Shown piece after piece: positions 1 through 9,355 of a DNA stretch of 64,000 nucleotides. The stretch comes from Candidatus Poseidonia alphae (GTDB taxonomy: Archaea > Thermoplasmatota > Poseidoniia > Poseidoniales > Poseidoniaceae). The notes beneath the pieces were generated by a model. It was not told the origin of the DNA. It saw nothing but the letters and a program-made list of their open reading frames with translations, and searched no databases. Where the stretch lies: NCBI GenBank assembly GCA_002505405.1, contig DAVD01000012.1, positions 39,809-103,808 on the forward strand, in the 5' to 3' direction. Position 1 is the first letter of the stretch. Each line of letters starts with the position of its first letter. Position numbers and translations under genes: made by a program.

Positions 1-1048
1 TGATATTGCTTACTATAATGTCTATGCTGCTACGTTTGAGTTTGCTGGTGCAAACCCGAACGGTCAAGCCCTAACGGCCATCGCGTTCCTGGACAGAAAT
101 CCGTCACTTCCGCTCACCATCGATGTGGTTGCCGGCGACACTCCAGTCATCCCTGGCCAAGACATCTGGGTGGCAGTGGTTGCAGTGGATACATCTGGCA
201 ATGCACACACAACCGACCTTACCGTTGTCAAAGCACAATCGATTGACGATGGCGTCACGGACCCTGGAAATTACCTCCCTGATATTGAATCGATCACCGC
301 TTCATGGGACGATGAAACCAATATTTTCGTTGAATGGGACCATTCAACCGATGCGCAAGTTCGCGGCTACCATATCTACATCTCAGACTCGGCGTTTGAA
401 GACATTGCAGATGCAACGATGGTTGGCGATATCAAGGCGTCAAATTCATTCTTGATTACCCCCTCCTTGTTTGAAGCCCTTGACAACGGCAGTGCGTGGT
501 ACGTCGCCGTAACACCGTACGACGAAAGCCTCAGCAAGGAGTCTGTAATTTCGGTCAAGTTGAACGCACTCGGAGATGAAGATAGCGGCTCTACGGATGG
601 AGACGGTTCTGGTGAATTGTCGCTAGAGTCCCTTCTCACCGGACCGAACTTGATTGCGGCGGGTATGCTCATCATCGTGTTGCTCTTGGTCGTACTTGTT
701 GTCCGCTCAAGAGGAAGCAGCAGTCGCCGGTCGAAGAGTTGGGAACTGCAAGAAGCAACTTGGGGTATCCAAGACCAAGGCTGGGGGAACACTCCGAATC
801 AAGCACCTCCTGCACCTTCTTCACCTGCACCTGCTCCACCACAAGGTGTTTCTCAGCAACAAGCGACTGACATCTACACTGCTGCAAACCAAATTCAAGG
901 GAACAATTACGGCCGTTCCGAATACCAACAAACTCAGCCGGTATTGCAGCCCCAGGTACGTACGGATGTATTTGATGACCTCTTGGGTGAACAAACTCCA
1001 CCCCCTTCGCCACAAATTGATACGTCGTTCCTAGACGATCTTCTCTGA
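1..1048 (+). CDS. C-terminal part of a membrane-anchored surface protein with fibronectin type III-like domains, one TM helix and a Pro/Gln-rich tail (5'-truncated by window edge)
   Basis: Frame open from base 2 (DIAYYNVYAATF...). FN3-like W...Y-x-I-Y...WYVAVTPYD pattern; TM LIAAGMLIIVLLLVVLVV followed by RSR. Confidence 0.75.
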   Translation, partial: DIAYYNVYAATFEFAGANPNGQALTAIAFLDRNPSLPLTIDVVAGDTPVIPGQDIWVAVVAVDTSGNAHTTDLTVVKAQSIDDGVTDPGNYLPDIESITASWDDETNIFVEWDHSTDAQVRGYHIYISDSAFEDIADATMVGDIKASNSFLITPSLFEALDNGSAWYVAVTPYDESLSKESVISVKLNALGDEDSGSTDGDGSGELSLESLLTGPNLIAAGMLIIVLLLVVLVVRSRGSSSRRSKSWELQEATWGIQDQGWGNTPNQAPPAPSSPAPAPPQGVSQQQATDIYTAANQIQGNNYGRSEYQQTQPVLQPQVRTDVFDDLLGEQTPPPSPQIDTSFLDDLL

Positions 1049-1057
1049 GGCGAAGGA

Positions 1058-1780
1058 ATGAGTCAAGTCAGAGGACCCCGGGATGAGGTCTTTACCACCG
1101 CGGTAGTGAATTCAGAAGGAAAGCTTGCTGACGCTCCTGCACATCTCAAACGTATGAAGGACCACGCTAAGCGGTTGAGAATAGCCCTACCCGATGAATT
1201 TCCAGCAACGGGACTTGAAGGAAAGGAAATGGGTCTCGTTCGACTGTCGTACTCAAGCCAAACCGGTTGGAAGGTTCAATACCGAGCTTTCACCGTTCGC
1301 AACGAAGCATTGGATGCGATATCGACTCCCGCCCCACGGTGGAATCCAAAAACAAACGGATGCAAGCATGGAGACTGGGCGCCCTACAATGACGCCCGAG
1401 CAATGGCGGAGAAGGCCGGCTGTGATGTTGCTCTCTTCGTTCATGAACACGCATTGGTTGACGGTGACCGTGGCACACCTCTGTTGCTTGATGAAGACGG
1501 AACGGTTTGGCTGCCAGCTGACGATGATGGAGGAGTGGATGGAATCACCGCATCATTCCTCGAAGCACGACTTCCGGAATTTGGATTGCCTGTAATGCGA
1601 GGGAGGTTGAACGAGCGTCTCGTTGCCCGATGTCATGAACTGGTGGTTGTCGGATCCGGACTCGGGGCTTGTCGGGTGGACTCCATTGACGGGGAACGCG
1701 TGGGGCAGTCCACTGTTTTATCGGAACAATGTCAAAAAATTATCAACCAACATTTTACCCAAGAGGCAACGTGGTCCTAG
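1058..1780 (+). CDS. pabC: Class IV PLP enzyme, probable 4-amino-4-deoxychorismate lyase
   Basis: HLKRM, GCKHGD Lys region, VDGIT motif; directly upstream of ADC synthase. Confidence 0.7.
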   Translation: MSQVRGPRDEVFTTAVVNSEGKLADAPAHLKRMKDHAKRLRIALPDEFPATGLEGKEMGLVRLSYSSQTGWKVQYRAFTVRNEALDAISTPAPRWNPKTNGCKHGDWAPYNDARAMAEKAGCDVALFVHEHALVDGDRGTPLLLDEDGTVWLPADDDGGVDGITASFLEARLPEFGLPVMRGRLNERLVARCHELVVVGSGLGACRVDSIDGERVGQSTVLSEQCQKIINQHFTQEATWS

Positions 1781-1793
1781 ACGGGGCGGTCGT

Positions 1794-4034
1794 ATGTCGG
1801 TGAACATGACCGAAATTTCCACCCACTTGAGCCAACATAAATTACTCGGAGAGGGAGCGTTTCAACACGGTTCCCCGGACAAAGTATTGTTGGTTTCTGG
1901 AGGTCCTGCGTCGCATCTCGCCAACTGGTCGATGCTTGCCTCACCTCCAAAAAGACGAGCGATCATCCGTCAACCACCCCGCTCACAAATGCCAGCAGCA
2001 GAACAGCATTCTCCACTCTCCGGAACCATACGACTGACGGAAGAAAAGTGTGATTTAAGAGCCGAAGTTGAGGAATGGAAACACGGCAGTTGGTATCACA
2101 GCGTAACCCTTGTTGCCTCTGACATCGCCGATTTACTGAACAAATTGCAACCGATTACATCTCCTGAACCTTTTGACAAACCCGGTTGTAAAGGAATGGC
2201 TTCTGGCCCTTTCTGGTCCGGGGCAATGGCCTACGATATGATGCAGTGGACCCAACCGCTTCTCCTCCAAAAACCTCCTCGTGAGGGCACGATTTTGAGT
2301 GTTATGTGGCTGATTGAAGGAGGAGTTTGTCACGACCGCCACGAGGACAAAGTCAGCGTTTTTGGCACGGAATCACCCTGGACCGCAAAGGCAGAAAAAG
2401 CGCTCACTGCAGCCCCCTCTGAATTCATTGAGGGCACTCCATTGCAACGCGTAGAGACGACGACTCACGATGATGAAACCCATATGGAGAACATCGAGCG
2501 CGTTCGCCAAGGAATCGTTGCAGGGCAGGTGTATCAGGTCAATGTTGGAAAGCACTGGCAAGGGCCGATTGGCCATCCTTTTGATGTGTTTAAGCACCTG
2601 ACACAAAACAATCCTGCTCCGTATTCTGTTTACCTTGAAGCGGTTGATGTGGGATTGGCCTTAGCCAGCTCGTCACCGGAGTCTCTGCTGGATTGCGATG
2701 AACAACACATCCGCTCGTCTCCAATCAAAGGAACCTGTCTGCAGGGATCAACGGCTGAGGACGCTGCAGCCCTACGAAAAGCCATGCTCGAAGATGAAAA
2801 AGAACGTGCGGAACATCGTATGCTTGCTGACCTCATGCGAAATGATCTGTCCAGTGTGTGTGAGGTAGGTTCGGTTGACATTGACCGCTTTGATGTTGAA
2901 GTGTACTCCAACGTTCAGCACCTTGTCAGCCATATCACAGGGACATTCAAAACCGAACATAATGGAAAAACTGCCTTTCAGTCCATCTTTCCAGGAGGCT
3001 CAATCACGGGTTGTCCCAGAACGATGGTTTGCGCTGTGATCGATGAACTCGAACAGCATCCACGTTCGTTTTGGACCGGTTCAGCAGGCTGGGTGGACGT
3101 TCACACCGGTTCTTCATCCTGGAACATCTTGATCAGGACGCTTGAGGCGCATCGAACCGCATCTGGATGGAACGGAAGCATTGGGGCTGGTGGAGGAATT
3201 ACCATTGCTTCAGATGCAGCAAAGGAAGTTTCAGAAGCGGTTTGGAAAGGTGCAGCATTGCGAATTGCTTCGGGGTGGATGAAAGCCGACGACAGTCCCG
3301 TCCCGCGAGGTGAACTTGAGATTCACCCCATTGCTCATCAAAAGCAAAAAACCGCCATCAGAACGCTATCATCGGTTCAAACCCTGCAACAGTGCATTGA
3401 ACACAACAGAGATTGCGGCGTACTCTTTATTGACAATTTGGACTCCTTCTCACTCAATGTTGCAGACGCTATCGCTCAGTCGGGACACGATGTTACCGTC
3501 CTAGCTGGACGTAACAATCATGCAGAAATGTTGTCAGACCCTACTGCGCTCTTTGACCTTCTTGACCGCCTTCAACCGACGCACATCGTTCTCGGCCCTG
3601 GCCCGGGCACTCCTGAGGATGCGCCTCTGACGATGGCTCTCGCTCATCATGCCCTTGCAGGCCAACTAGCGGTTCCTGTCCTGGGGCTTTGTCTAGGTCA
3701 CCAAGCACTTGCCCTTGCAGACGGAATGGAAGTGCTCCCCTCTCCACGCGGCCCTGTTCATGGCGTTCCTGTTCATATTGACCACGACGGCACGGGTCTG
3801 TTCGCAACTTCAGCATCGCCTGCAGTATTCACCCGATACAATTCTCTCATCGCCAACGAGCAAGACGGTCAGTCATTCATCATCAACGCTCGAGAAGAGG
3901 GGACGGGGTTGGTGATGGGTGTGCGTCACCCTTTACACCCCATTCATGGCGTTCAGTTTCATCCAGAGTCAATTGGCTCACCGGAAGGACGGGCTATCAT
4001 TCAAGAATTTCTTCTGAATCCATCGGATGGTTGA
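1794..4034 (+). CDS. pabAB: Fused aminodeoxychorismate synthase (chorismate-binding domain plus class I glutamine amidotransferase)
   Basis: YQVN, SSPE, PIKGT, KERAEHRMLADLMRND, FPGGSITGCP; GATase IDNLDSF, GPGPG, GLCLGHQ, QFHPES. Start moved to ATG 1794 after the pabC stop. Confidence 0.85.
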   Translation: MSVNMTEISTHLSQHKLLGEGAFQHGSPDKVLLVSGGPASHLANWSMLASPPKRRAIIRQPPRSQMPAAEQHSPLSGTIRLTEEKCDLRAEVEEWKHGSWYHSVTLVASDIADLLNKLQPITSPEPFDKPGCKGMASGPFWSGAMAYDMMQWTQPLLLQKPPREGTILSVMWLIEGGVCHDRHEDKVSVFGTESPWTAKAEKALTAAPSEFIEGTPLQRVETTTHDDETHMENIERVRQGIVAGQVYQVNVGKHWQGPIGHPFDVFKHLTQNNPAPYSVYLEAVDVGLALASSSPESLLDCDEQHIRSSPIKGTCLQGSTAEDAAALRKAMLEDEKERAEHRMLADLMRNDLSSVCEVGSVDIDRFDVEVYSNVQHLVSHITGTFKTEHNGKTAFQSIFPGGSITGCPRTMVCAVIDELEQHPRSFWTGSAGWVDVHTGSSSWNILIRTLEAHRTASGWNGSIGAGGGITIASDAAKEVSEAVWKGAALRIASGWMKADDSPVPRGELEIHPIAHQKQKTAIRTLSSVQTLQQCIEHNRDCGVLFIDNLDSFSLNVADAIAQSGHDVTVLAGRNNHAEMLSDPTALFDLLDRLQPTHIVLGPGPGTPEDAPLTMALAHHALAGQLAVPVLGLCLGHQALALADGMEVLPSPRGPVHGVPVHIDHDGTGLFATSASPAVFTRYNSLIANEQDGQSFIINAREEGTGLVMGVRHPLHPIHGVQFHPESIGSPEGRAIIQEFLLNPSDG

Positions 4035-4070
4035 AGAATCCCTTGCCGTTGGCCAACTTGAGGGGACGCC

Positions 4071-4457
4071 ATGCCAGCATGCCGACATTGTGGAAGCACT
4101 TATCCGCGTGAATTTTTCATTCATGGGGTTGGACCTCGTGCACAGGTGTGTGCACAATGCGGTTTAGACAAAGGCTTGGTCACCAAGGAAGAAGTCCCCC
4201 TTCTCTTTGACAAACAGCTTGCTAACGCTCGGTTTTCCGCCGTAGCTCGACGTTACAGTATCTTCCTCTATGTCCCGTTCCTTTGGGCTCTTTGGGGATT
4301 CACTCTCTCTGACATTAAGCCGTGGGGACTCTTTTTCCTCGGCTTGTTGATTGTCCTTACGCTTCTTGCGCCGGTCATCTTCATCTATCGCGGTGGACGT
4401 TATTCCGGAGATATGGCTCGCTTGAGTCCAGCATACGATCGTCCAAAAGGCCACTGA
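4071..4457 (+). CDS. Small Zn-ribbon membrane protein
   Basis: CRHC...CAQC followed by two hydrophobic helices. Confidence 0.65.
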   Translation: MPACRHCGSTYPREFFIHGVGPRAQVCAQCGLDKGLVTKEEVPLLFDKQLANARFSAVARRYSIFLYVPFLWALWGFTLSDIKPWGLFFLGLLIVLTLLAPVIFIYRGGRYSGDMARLSPAYDRPKGH

Positions 4458-4458
4458 A

Positions 4459-5748
4459 TCACGATTTAGCGTGAATTTTGAGGACGTCGCCATCAGTCAA
4501 TTCGTGGTCTGCGCCAACAACTCGGCGTGTTCTTCCATCAACGCCCCGAATGAACCCATCTCCCAAATCAGTGTGGACATGGTAAGCAAGAGCTTTGGCT
4601 TGAATTCCTGATGAGACAACAAAGGCGTCGGGCAATACTTTGCCGTCACCGTCCACCCAATGGGTTTCATCTTGTACGGGGTACACTACAATCTGATTGA
4701 GAAGTTCAAACAGCACTCGGTCCAATAAGCGAGCAACTCCAGTTCCATTCGACGATTTCATACGAGCGAGCATGTGGGCCAGGGCTTTGGTTTGAGGTTC
4801 ATTCAGCGAAGAAGAATCATTGATTGAAAACGTTGCTTCTCCGGGATGGTACGAGATGATATTGGCGTTAGCCGCCCTCCGAAGCGCAAGTTCAACGTCG
4901 GCCATGCAAGGTTCAATCGAATACAATGAAAGGTCGTCGATCACACCTTCTGGGGCAATGTCCCATTTGTTCGCAGCATATGCAATAGGGAACAGACCTT
5001 GTCGTAGCGTCACTGCCAATGTTCGAAGAACTTCTTCATTCCAATCCCAAGGCTGCCCTTCAGGTCGTTGCTCTTGCTGGAATTGCAGCATGCATTGGGA
5101 AACGAGTTGAGTCGTAGCCCCTAGCCCGCTTAATCGCTCTTGAACGAATGAAGCCAAGCCTTTCTCTCCCTCCGCTTGGACTCTGCGGACACCACGGGTC
5201 CAGCCCTCGTTGAGAATGCCGGCAATCCAGGCATCAAGTTCTTCCTCGAGAAAAGCGATCTCCTGTTTCAAACCGTTGATCGCATCTTCCTTTGAGGAAG
5301 CACCGCCAAGAAACTGCCCCTCTACGTCGGTTGTTCCAGCGGCATCGACGACTTGAATCAGAACGTTCGAATTGGCCAGGTCTGAAAGAAAGGCATTGCC
5401 CCGCCCTCTTCCTTCACTCGCCCCTGGAACAAGACCTGCTACATCAACAAGGGCTACGGGGACAAAACGACGGTGACCAACACAAGAACCCGTCCTCGGT
5501 TGGCAGAGGCTTCCTTGACGCGGATCTTCTGCTGAAGTGGGTTCAAGGCGTCCTTCGGATTCTAATTTCTCACGCAAGGCTTTGCACGGGCAAGGAAGGC
5601 GTGCTTCTACGAAAGCAACTCCAACGTTAGGGTCGATGGTACAAAACGGATAGTTCGCAATATCAACCTGAGCGAGTGTTGCTGCGCTAAAAAACGTAGA
5701 TTTGCCCACATTCGGTTTGCCAACGAGGCCTATGCGCACCGTCATCAC
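4459..5748 (-). CDS. ychF: Archaeal YchF/Obg-family GTPase with C-terminal TGS domain
   Basis: GKPNVGKS, NYPFCTIDPN, DVAGLVPGA, NKWD, HVHTDLGDGFI. Confidence 0.9.
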   Translation of the reverse strand: MMTVRIGLVGKPNVGKSTFFSAATLAQVDIANYPFCTIDPNVGVAFVEARLPCPCKALREKLESEGRLEPTSAEDPRQGSLCQPRTGSCVGHRRFVPVALVDVAGLVPGASEGRGRGNAFLSDLANSNVLIQVVDAAGTTDVEGQFLGGASSKEDAINGLKQEIAFLEEELDAWIAGILNEGWTRGVRRVQAEGEKGLASFVQERLSGLGATTQLVSQCMLQFQQEQRPEGQPWDWNEEVLRTLAVTLRQGLFPIAYAANKWDIAPEGVIDDLSLYSIEPCMADVELALRRAANANIISYHPGEATFSINDSSSLNEPQTKALAHMLARMKSSNGTGVARLLDRVLFELLNQIVVYPVQDETHWVDGDGKVLPDAFVVSSGIQAKALAYHVHTDLGDGFIRGVDGRTRRVVGADHELTDGDVLKIHAKS

Positions 5749-5763
5749 GCCCGATGAAGACCC

Positions 5764-7758
5764 TCATTCTTCCTCGGAACCTGCCGAGGGAGTGATGTCG
5801 TAGTCTCGCTTGATTTGAGCAATAGCAATATCAAGTTCTGGAAGGTTGAGTTCTCCGTCGCCATCAAGGTCCATAATCTGCATCAATTCGCCCGAGTCAA
5901 CGGAGGAAAGAGCATCAATATCTGTTGCTTGAAGGGCGGTAAGGAATTCTTCTTCGTCAACTTTTCCTGAAGCATCCAAATCCATGGACCGGAACAGGTC
6001 AAAGACGGATTGGCCTTTGTCTTCAAGGTACTGCACCAGTTGAATCATGGCTTCTGTTGGGGCCTTTGAAGGGAACTCTGTGATCTCATCGTTGTGGAGT
6101 GAGGAGTCAACGGCGATGATGGTTGAGCCGCCCTCGGTGTCTTCGGTTTGCGTTACAACCAATTCCGTGTCAACGCCAACACCACGACCGATGAGCGTGC
6201 GGATGGTGGTTGATGAGCCTGCTATCAAGGTGTAGGTATTCACATCAGAAACCGTTTCAGAGGAAACCGAACGACCTGTTGAGGAGATCCCGGTTCGTAT
6301 GGTCACAAGGGTTGCGAGGATTGTTCCGATTCCAAGAAGGTAGAACATAGCCGCTCCAGTGAGGAAGAATCCACCTGATGGAGCCACTGCATCTTCGATG
6401 CCGGAGGTTGCAATTGCATTGGTTGTGAAATCCCCTACGAGGAAGGTCACGGTAGAGGCCACGCCACCAACAAGGACCATCCAAACCGCCAGGTTAGCGG
6501 TTGATGGAGTAGCGAGTGGTTTTCCAATCGCCATTGGGTAACTGTTGAACACGGAGGAAAGAATGAGGAGTCCGCCAACGGTGAACATCATTCCCATGTC
6601 CACGCTGTGCGCCATGCTTCCAAGTTCTCCAGTTCCGACAAAGATATCCATCGCCGTGAAATATCCGCCGATAGCAAAGAACGGGAGGAGGACGAATGCA
6701 AGCAAACCAGCCATCGAGCCAGGGTTCTTTACCACGGAATCCATTCCTGAATTCGCCGTCATGATGATGTTAACAGAGGCTGCGAAGACCGGAAGCAATC
6801 CTAAGGTGAGAAGGATGGCTCCGAAGTTCACCAAAACGTTGCTACCATCAGCGCTTGACATGAAGAACGGGGGGAGGGTCACAAAGAGCAGAAGCATGCT
6901 TGCAGAGCGCATCGAACCGGACCAGATGGGTTGCTTGGCAACCATAGGAACGGTGTAGTATCCCACTGAAAACATCAGTGCAAGAGGGACCCAGCCGTTT
7001 GAGACGCGCTCTCCGAGCCAGACTGTTTGTGTCGAGTCTGCAACTTCGCCAATGAAGATGTAAATCATGGCGAAGATCTTGGAAACCAGAGCCATAATGA
7101 GGAACCAAGAACTGGTTGACAGTTCTTGTTCTCCACGAGTAGAAGCGGTGATCAAGACGTTGATGAGCACCGGGACAAGAAGCAAACCTACGGCAAGCGA
7201 TTCCAAACTGAGCAGGAGCGTAGAGACGGCGAAAGATTCTGTGTCAACATCAAGGAAACCGAAAATGAACGGGAGAAGAACGCTCACGATGAGAACGACC
7301 GTCAACAACAAGGCCACCATTGAAGCATTTGCTTCACTTGCAAGACGCCCGTTTCCGTTTCGAGATACTGCAACGAGGCCTCCTCCGACAAGGCCGTAGA
7401 TGAGAGCCAAGCCAAGAAGCCTCTGCGTAGCGTCCCGAAGGGAGGAGCCGTCGTCGTAAGACCAGCCAATGCTTGCTAGCGAATCAAGAGCTCGAGGGTC
7501 GTAGTTATGCCAAGCGGCCAAAAATCCAAGAATACCAGCGAAGACAAACCAGAGCATTCCGAAGTTCATCCATGTACGCGACCCGCTGCCATCTTTGTCA
7601 TCAAAGATATCTACGAGGCCTGGAGGGTTCTTCCTGAGAATGAACAACCCGATTTGCTGGAGCGCCCCGCCCACGTCCCCAGCACCGCGTGCTAGGGTTT
7701 GAGAAAGGAAAAAGAGCGTAGCGATGAGAAGCGTGCCGGTGATAAAAATAATTTCCAT
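5764..7758 (-). CDS. Multi-pass membrane protein with a degenerate heme-copper oxidase subunit I (CcoN-like) fold and a C-terminal EF-hand pair
   Basis: About 13 hydrophobic segments with CcoN-like loops; EF-hand loops DLDASGKVDEEE and DLDGDGELNLPE; GGAGGTG Shine-Dalgarno upstream. Confidence 0.7.
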   Translation of the reverse strand: MEIIFITGTLLIATLFFLSQTLARGAGDVGGALQQIGLFILRKNPPGLVDIFDDKDGSGSRTWMNFGMLWFVFAGILGFLAAWHNYDPRALDSLASIGWSYDDGSSLRDATQRLLGLALIYGLVGGGLVAVSRNGNGRLASEANASMVALLLTVVLIVSVLLPFIFGFLDVDTESFAVSTLLLSLESLAVGLLLVPVLINVLITASTRGEQELSTSSWFLIMALVSKIFAMIYIFIGEVADSTQTVWLGERVSNGWVPLALMFSVGYYTVPMVAKQPIWSGSMRSASMLLLFVTLPPFFMSSADGSNVLVNFGAILLTLGLLPVFAASVNIIMTANSGMDSVVKNPGSMAGLLAFVLLPFFAIGGYFTAMDIFVGTGELGSMAHSVDMGMMFTVGGLLILSSVFNSYPMAIGKPLATPSTANLAVWMVLVGGVASTVTFLVGDFTTNAIATSGIEDAVAPSGGFFLTGAAMFYLLGIGTILATLVTIRTGISSTGRSVSSETVSDVNTYTLIAGSSTTIRTLIGRGVGVDTELVVTQTEDTEGGSTIIAVDSSLHNDEITEFPSKAPTEAMIQLVQYLEDKGQSVFDLFRSMDLDASGKVDEEEFLTALQATDIDALSSVDSGELMQIMDLDGDGELNLPELDIAIAQIKRDYDITPSAGSEEE

Positions 7759-7772
7759 ACATCACACCTCCA

Positions 7773-8054
7773 TCATTCTGCGAGTACCTCACCCACGAGT
7801 GTTGCTACGATTGCACCAACACCAACAAGGAATCCAATCAAGTAGTACCAGATTCCACTACCGCCCAAATTCTGCACCAAAGGAACGAGTTCTCCGAGCA
7901 ACGGAAGGTTGTCCCAACCGAAGACATTTGCAAACAAAGAATAGAGGCCCAAAAGGCCAACAAAGAACAACGTGAGAATCACGCGACTTGATGTTGGTTC
8001 TCCTGTTCCGACGGTTGTATCTGGAAGGGTTGTGGAATTTGACACGGGCCTCAC
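7773..8054 (-). CDS. Small two-TM membrane protein
   Basis: 93 aa with two hydrophobic helices; 14 nt upstream of the CcoN-like gene, same strand. Confidence 0.65.
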   Translation of the reverse strand: MRPVSNSTTLPDTTVGTGEPTSSRVILTLFFVGLLGLYSLFANVFGWDNLPLLGELVPLVQNLGGSGIWYYLIGFLVGVGAIVATLVGEVLAE

Positions 8055-8154
8055 CTCAAATTGACCCCATAGGGGTCATTCCTCCGACTTGCCGGGCGGT
8101 CATAAACGTTCACCATCACAGGCGAAGGAAAAGGGGTGCCTGTGGCCAAAGAAT

Positions 8155-9321
8155 TCACGGTGAACGCAACGTCTCAAGGGTTGGGGCTCGTCGAGGCTTT
8201 GAAAGTCCCAAAGGAAGGGGAAGTTGGCGCTCGAGCATCAACTCAGTCTGCCATTTCTTTTGACATTCACATTCCAACCCGTCAAATTCCAAGAGGCTGC
8301 CCGAGACGGCATAGCGTTCGATGGCTGCAACAACTTCTCCATCGCACGAACCGCAATTGTGCGATCCTCGAATCTTTCCTCCGGCGGTGGGGTGGACGAT
8401 CAAGCGTGAAACTTGGTCTTCTTCTCCGTTCATTCCGCCTTTGGGATGAATGAAGGGGTGCGCCCGTTGAATCATGGCGACAAGTGACCAAAGCCACGGA
8501 GGCCGGTATTCATTGTGGCGATGCAAGCGGTCGATGACGGTCCCGCGTTGGATGTTCATTGGATTGACTGAAATTTCATCAGAACGCTCTGCAACCGCTT
8601 CAATCCATTTGATACTGTGATCCAAGGCGTCAGCCTCGCTCATGAATGGGGGTTTGAACATGAGGTATGTTTTCACTCGGAGATTGAACGTTTCCAGGTT
8701 GGTCACGGCGCGATCCCAAGAAGCCGTTGAGAATCCCTTGTTCACATGGAACCGAAGCACTTCGTCGTCGTAAGCTTCCAGTCCAATCGCAACGGTGAAG
8801 GAAGGGTTGATCGATGTGGCCCATTCAAGTTTAGCTTCTGTTAATTGTTCACATCGGCTTTCTACAATCAATTCTTTTCCGAGTTCAGCGCAATCACGGA
8901 GGACTGTTTCTTGGAATTCAACGGGAATTTCTCTATCCTCGAGCAGGGACCCTGAAGTGTATACCTTCACCATGGCGTGTTCTTCGAAGCCGTCCAGTTT
9001 CTCTTTTGCATAGGCCCATTGAGCATGAAGGTCATCGTTGGTTACATCGTCCCTGGTATCGTTGAAGTAGCCGCAGAACGTGCACCCCGATGACCACCAC
9101 CAATGGCAGCCCTTGGTCCGGAGAATGACGGTTGCGGCGGTACATGGAGTGCCGTCTGGCAGTGCTTCTGGGGTAGTATATACTGTTGCAGGTTCGCTCG
9201 CATCCCAAGATTGCTGGCGCGCTTTTGCCCACGGAGTATTGGCTGGAGCCTTGACCAAATCGTGAATGCGCAAGCCCTTCTTACCTTGACCGAGAAGATG
9301 CAGGTTGGGCGGCTCCGACAT
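8155..9321 (-). CDS. Radical SAM protein, TIGR01210 family (RaSEA, archaeosine biosynthesis)
   Basis: LRTKGCHWWWSSGCTFCGY (CX7CX2C-type), YTSGS, KPPF, YRPPWLWS, HNCGSCD. Confidence 0.85.
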   Translation of the reverse strand: MSEPPNLHLLGQGKKGLRIHDLVKAPANTPWAKARQQSWDASEPATVYTTPEALPDGTPCTAATVILRTKGCHWWWSSGCTFCGYFNDTRDDVTNDDLHAQWAYAKEKLDGFEEHAMVKVYTSGSLLEDREIPVEFQETVLRDCAELGKELIVESRCEQLTEAKLEWATSINPSFTVAIGLEAYDDEVLRFHVNKGFSTASWDRAVTNLETFNLRVKTYLMFKPPFMSEADALDHSIKWIEAVAERSDEISVNPMNIQRGTVIDRLHRHNEYRPPWLWSLVAMIQRAHPFIHPKGGMNGEEDQVSRLIVHPTAGGKIRGSHNCGSCDGEVVAAIERYAVSGSLLEFDGLECECQKKWQTELMLERQLPLPLGLSKPRRAPTLETLRSP

Positions 9322-9355
9322 GTGCTCCACTGACGTGCCGTCGGCATTTGAGGTT

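Noticed and set aside
1623..1793. N-terminal extensions in the ORF track (also addA to 18809, mcm to 35826, esterase from 35773, 23871, 30023, 31701, 51022, 57008)
   Set aside because: They overlap neighbouring genes or promoter regions; downstream ATGs fit the family N-termini better
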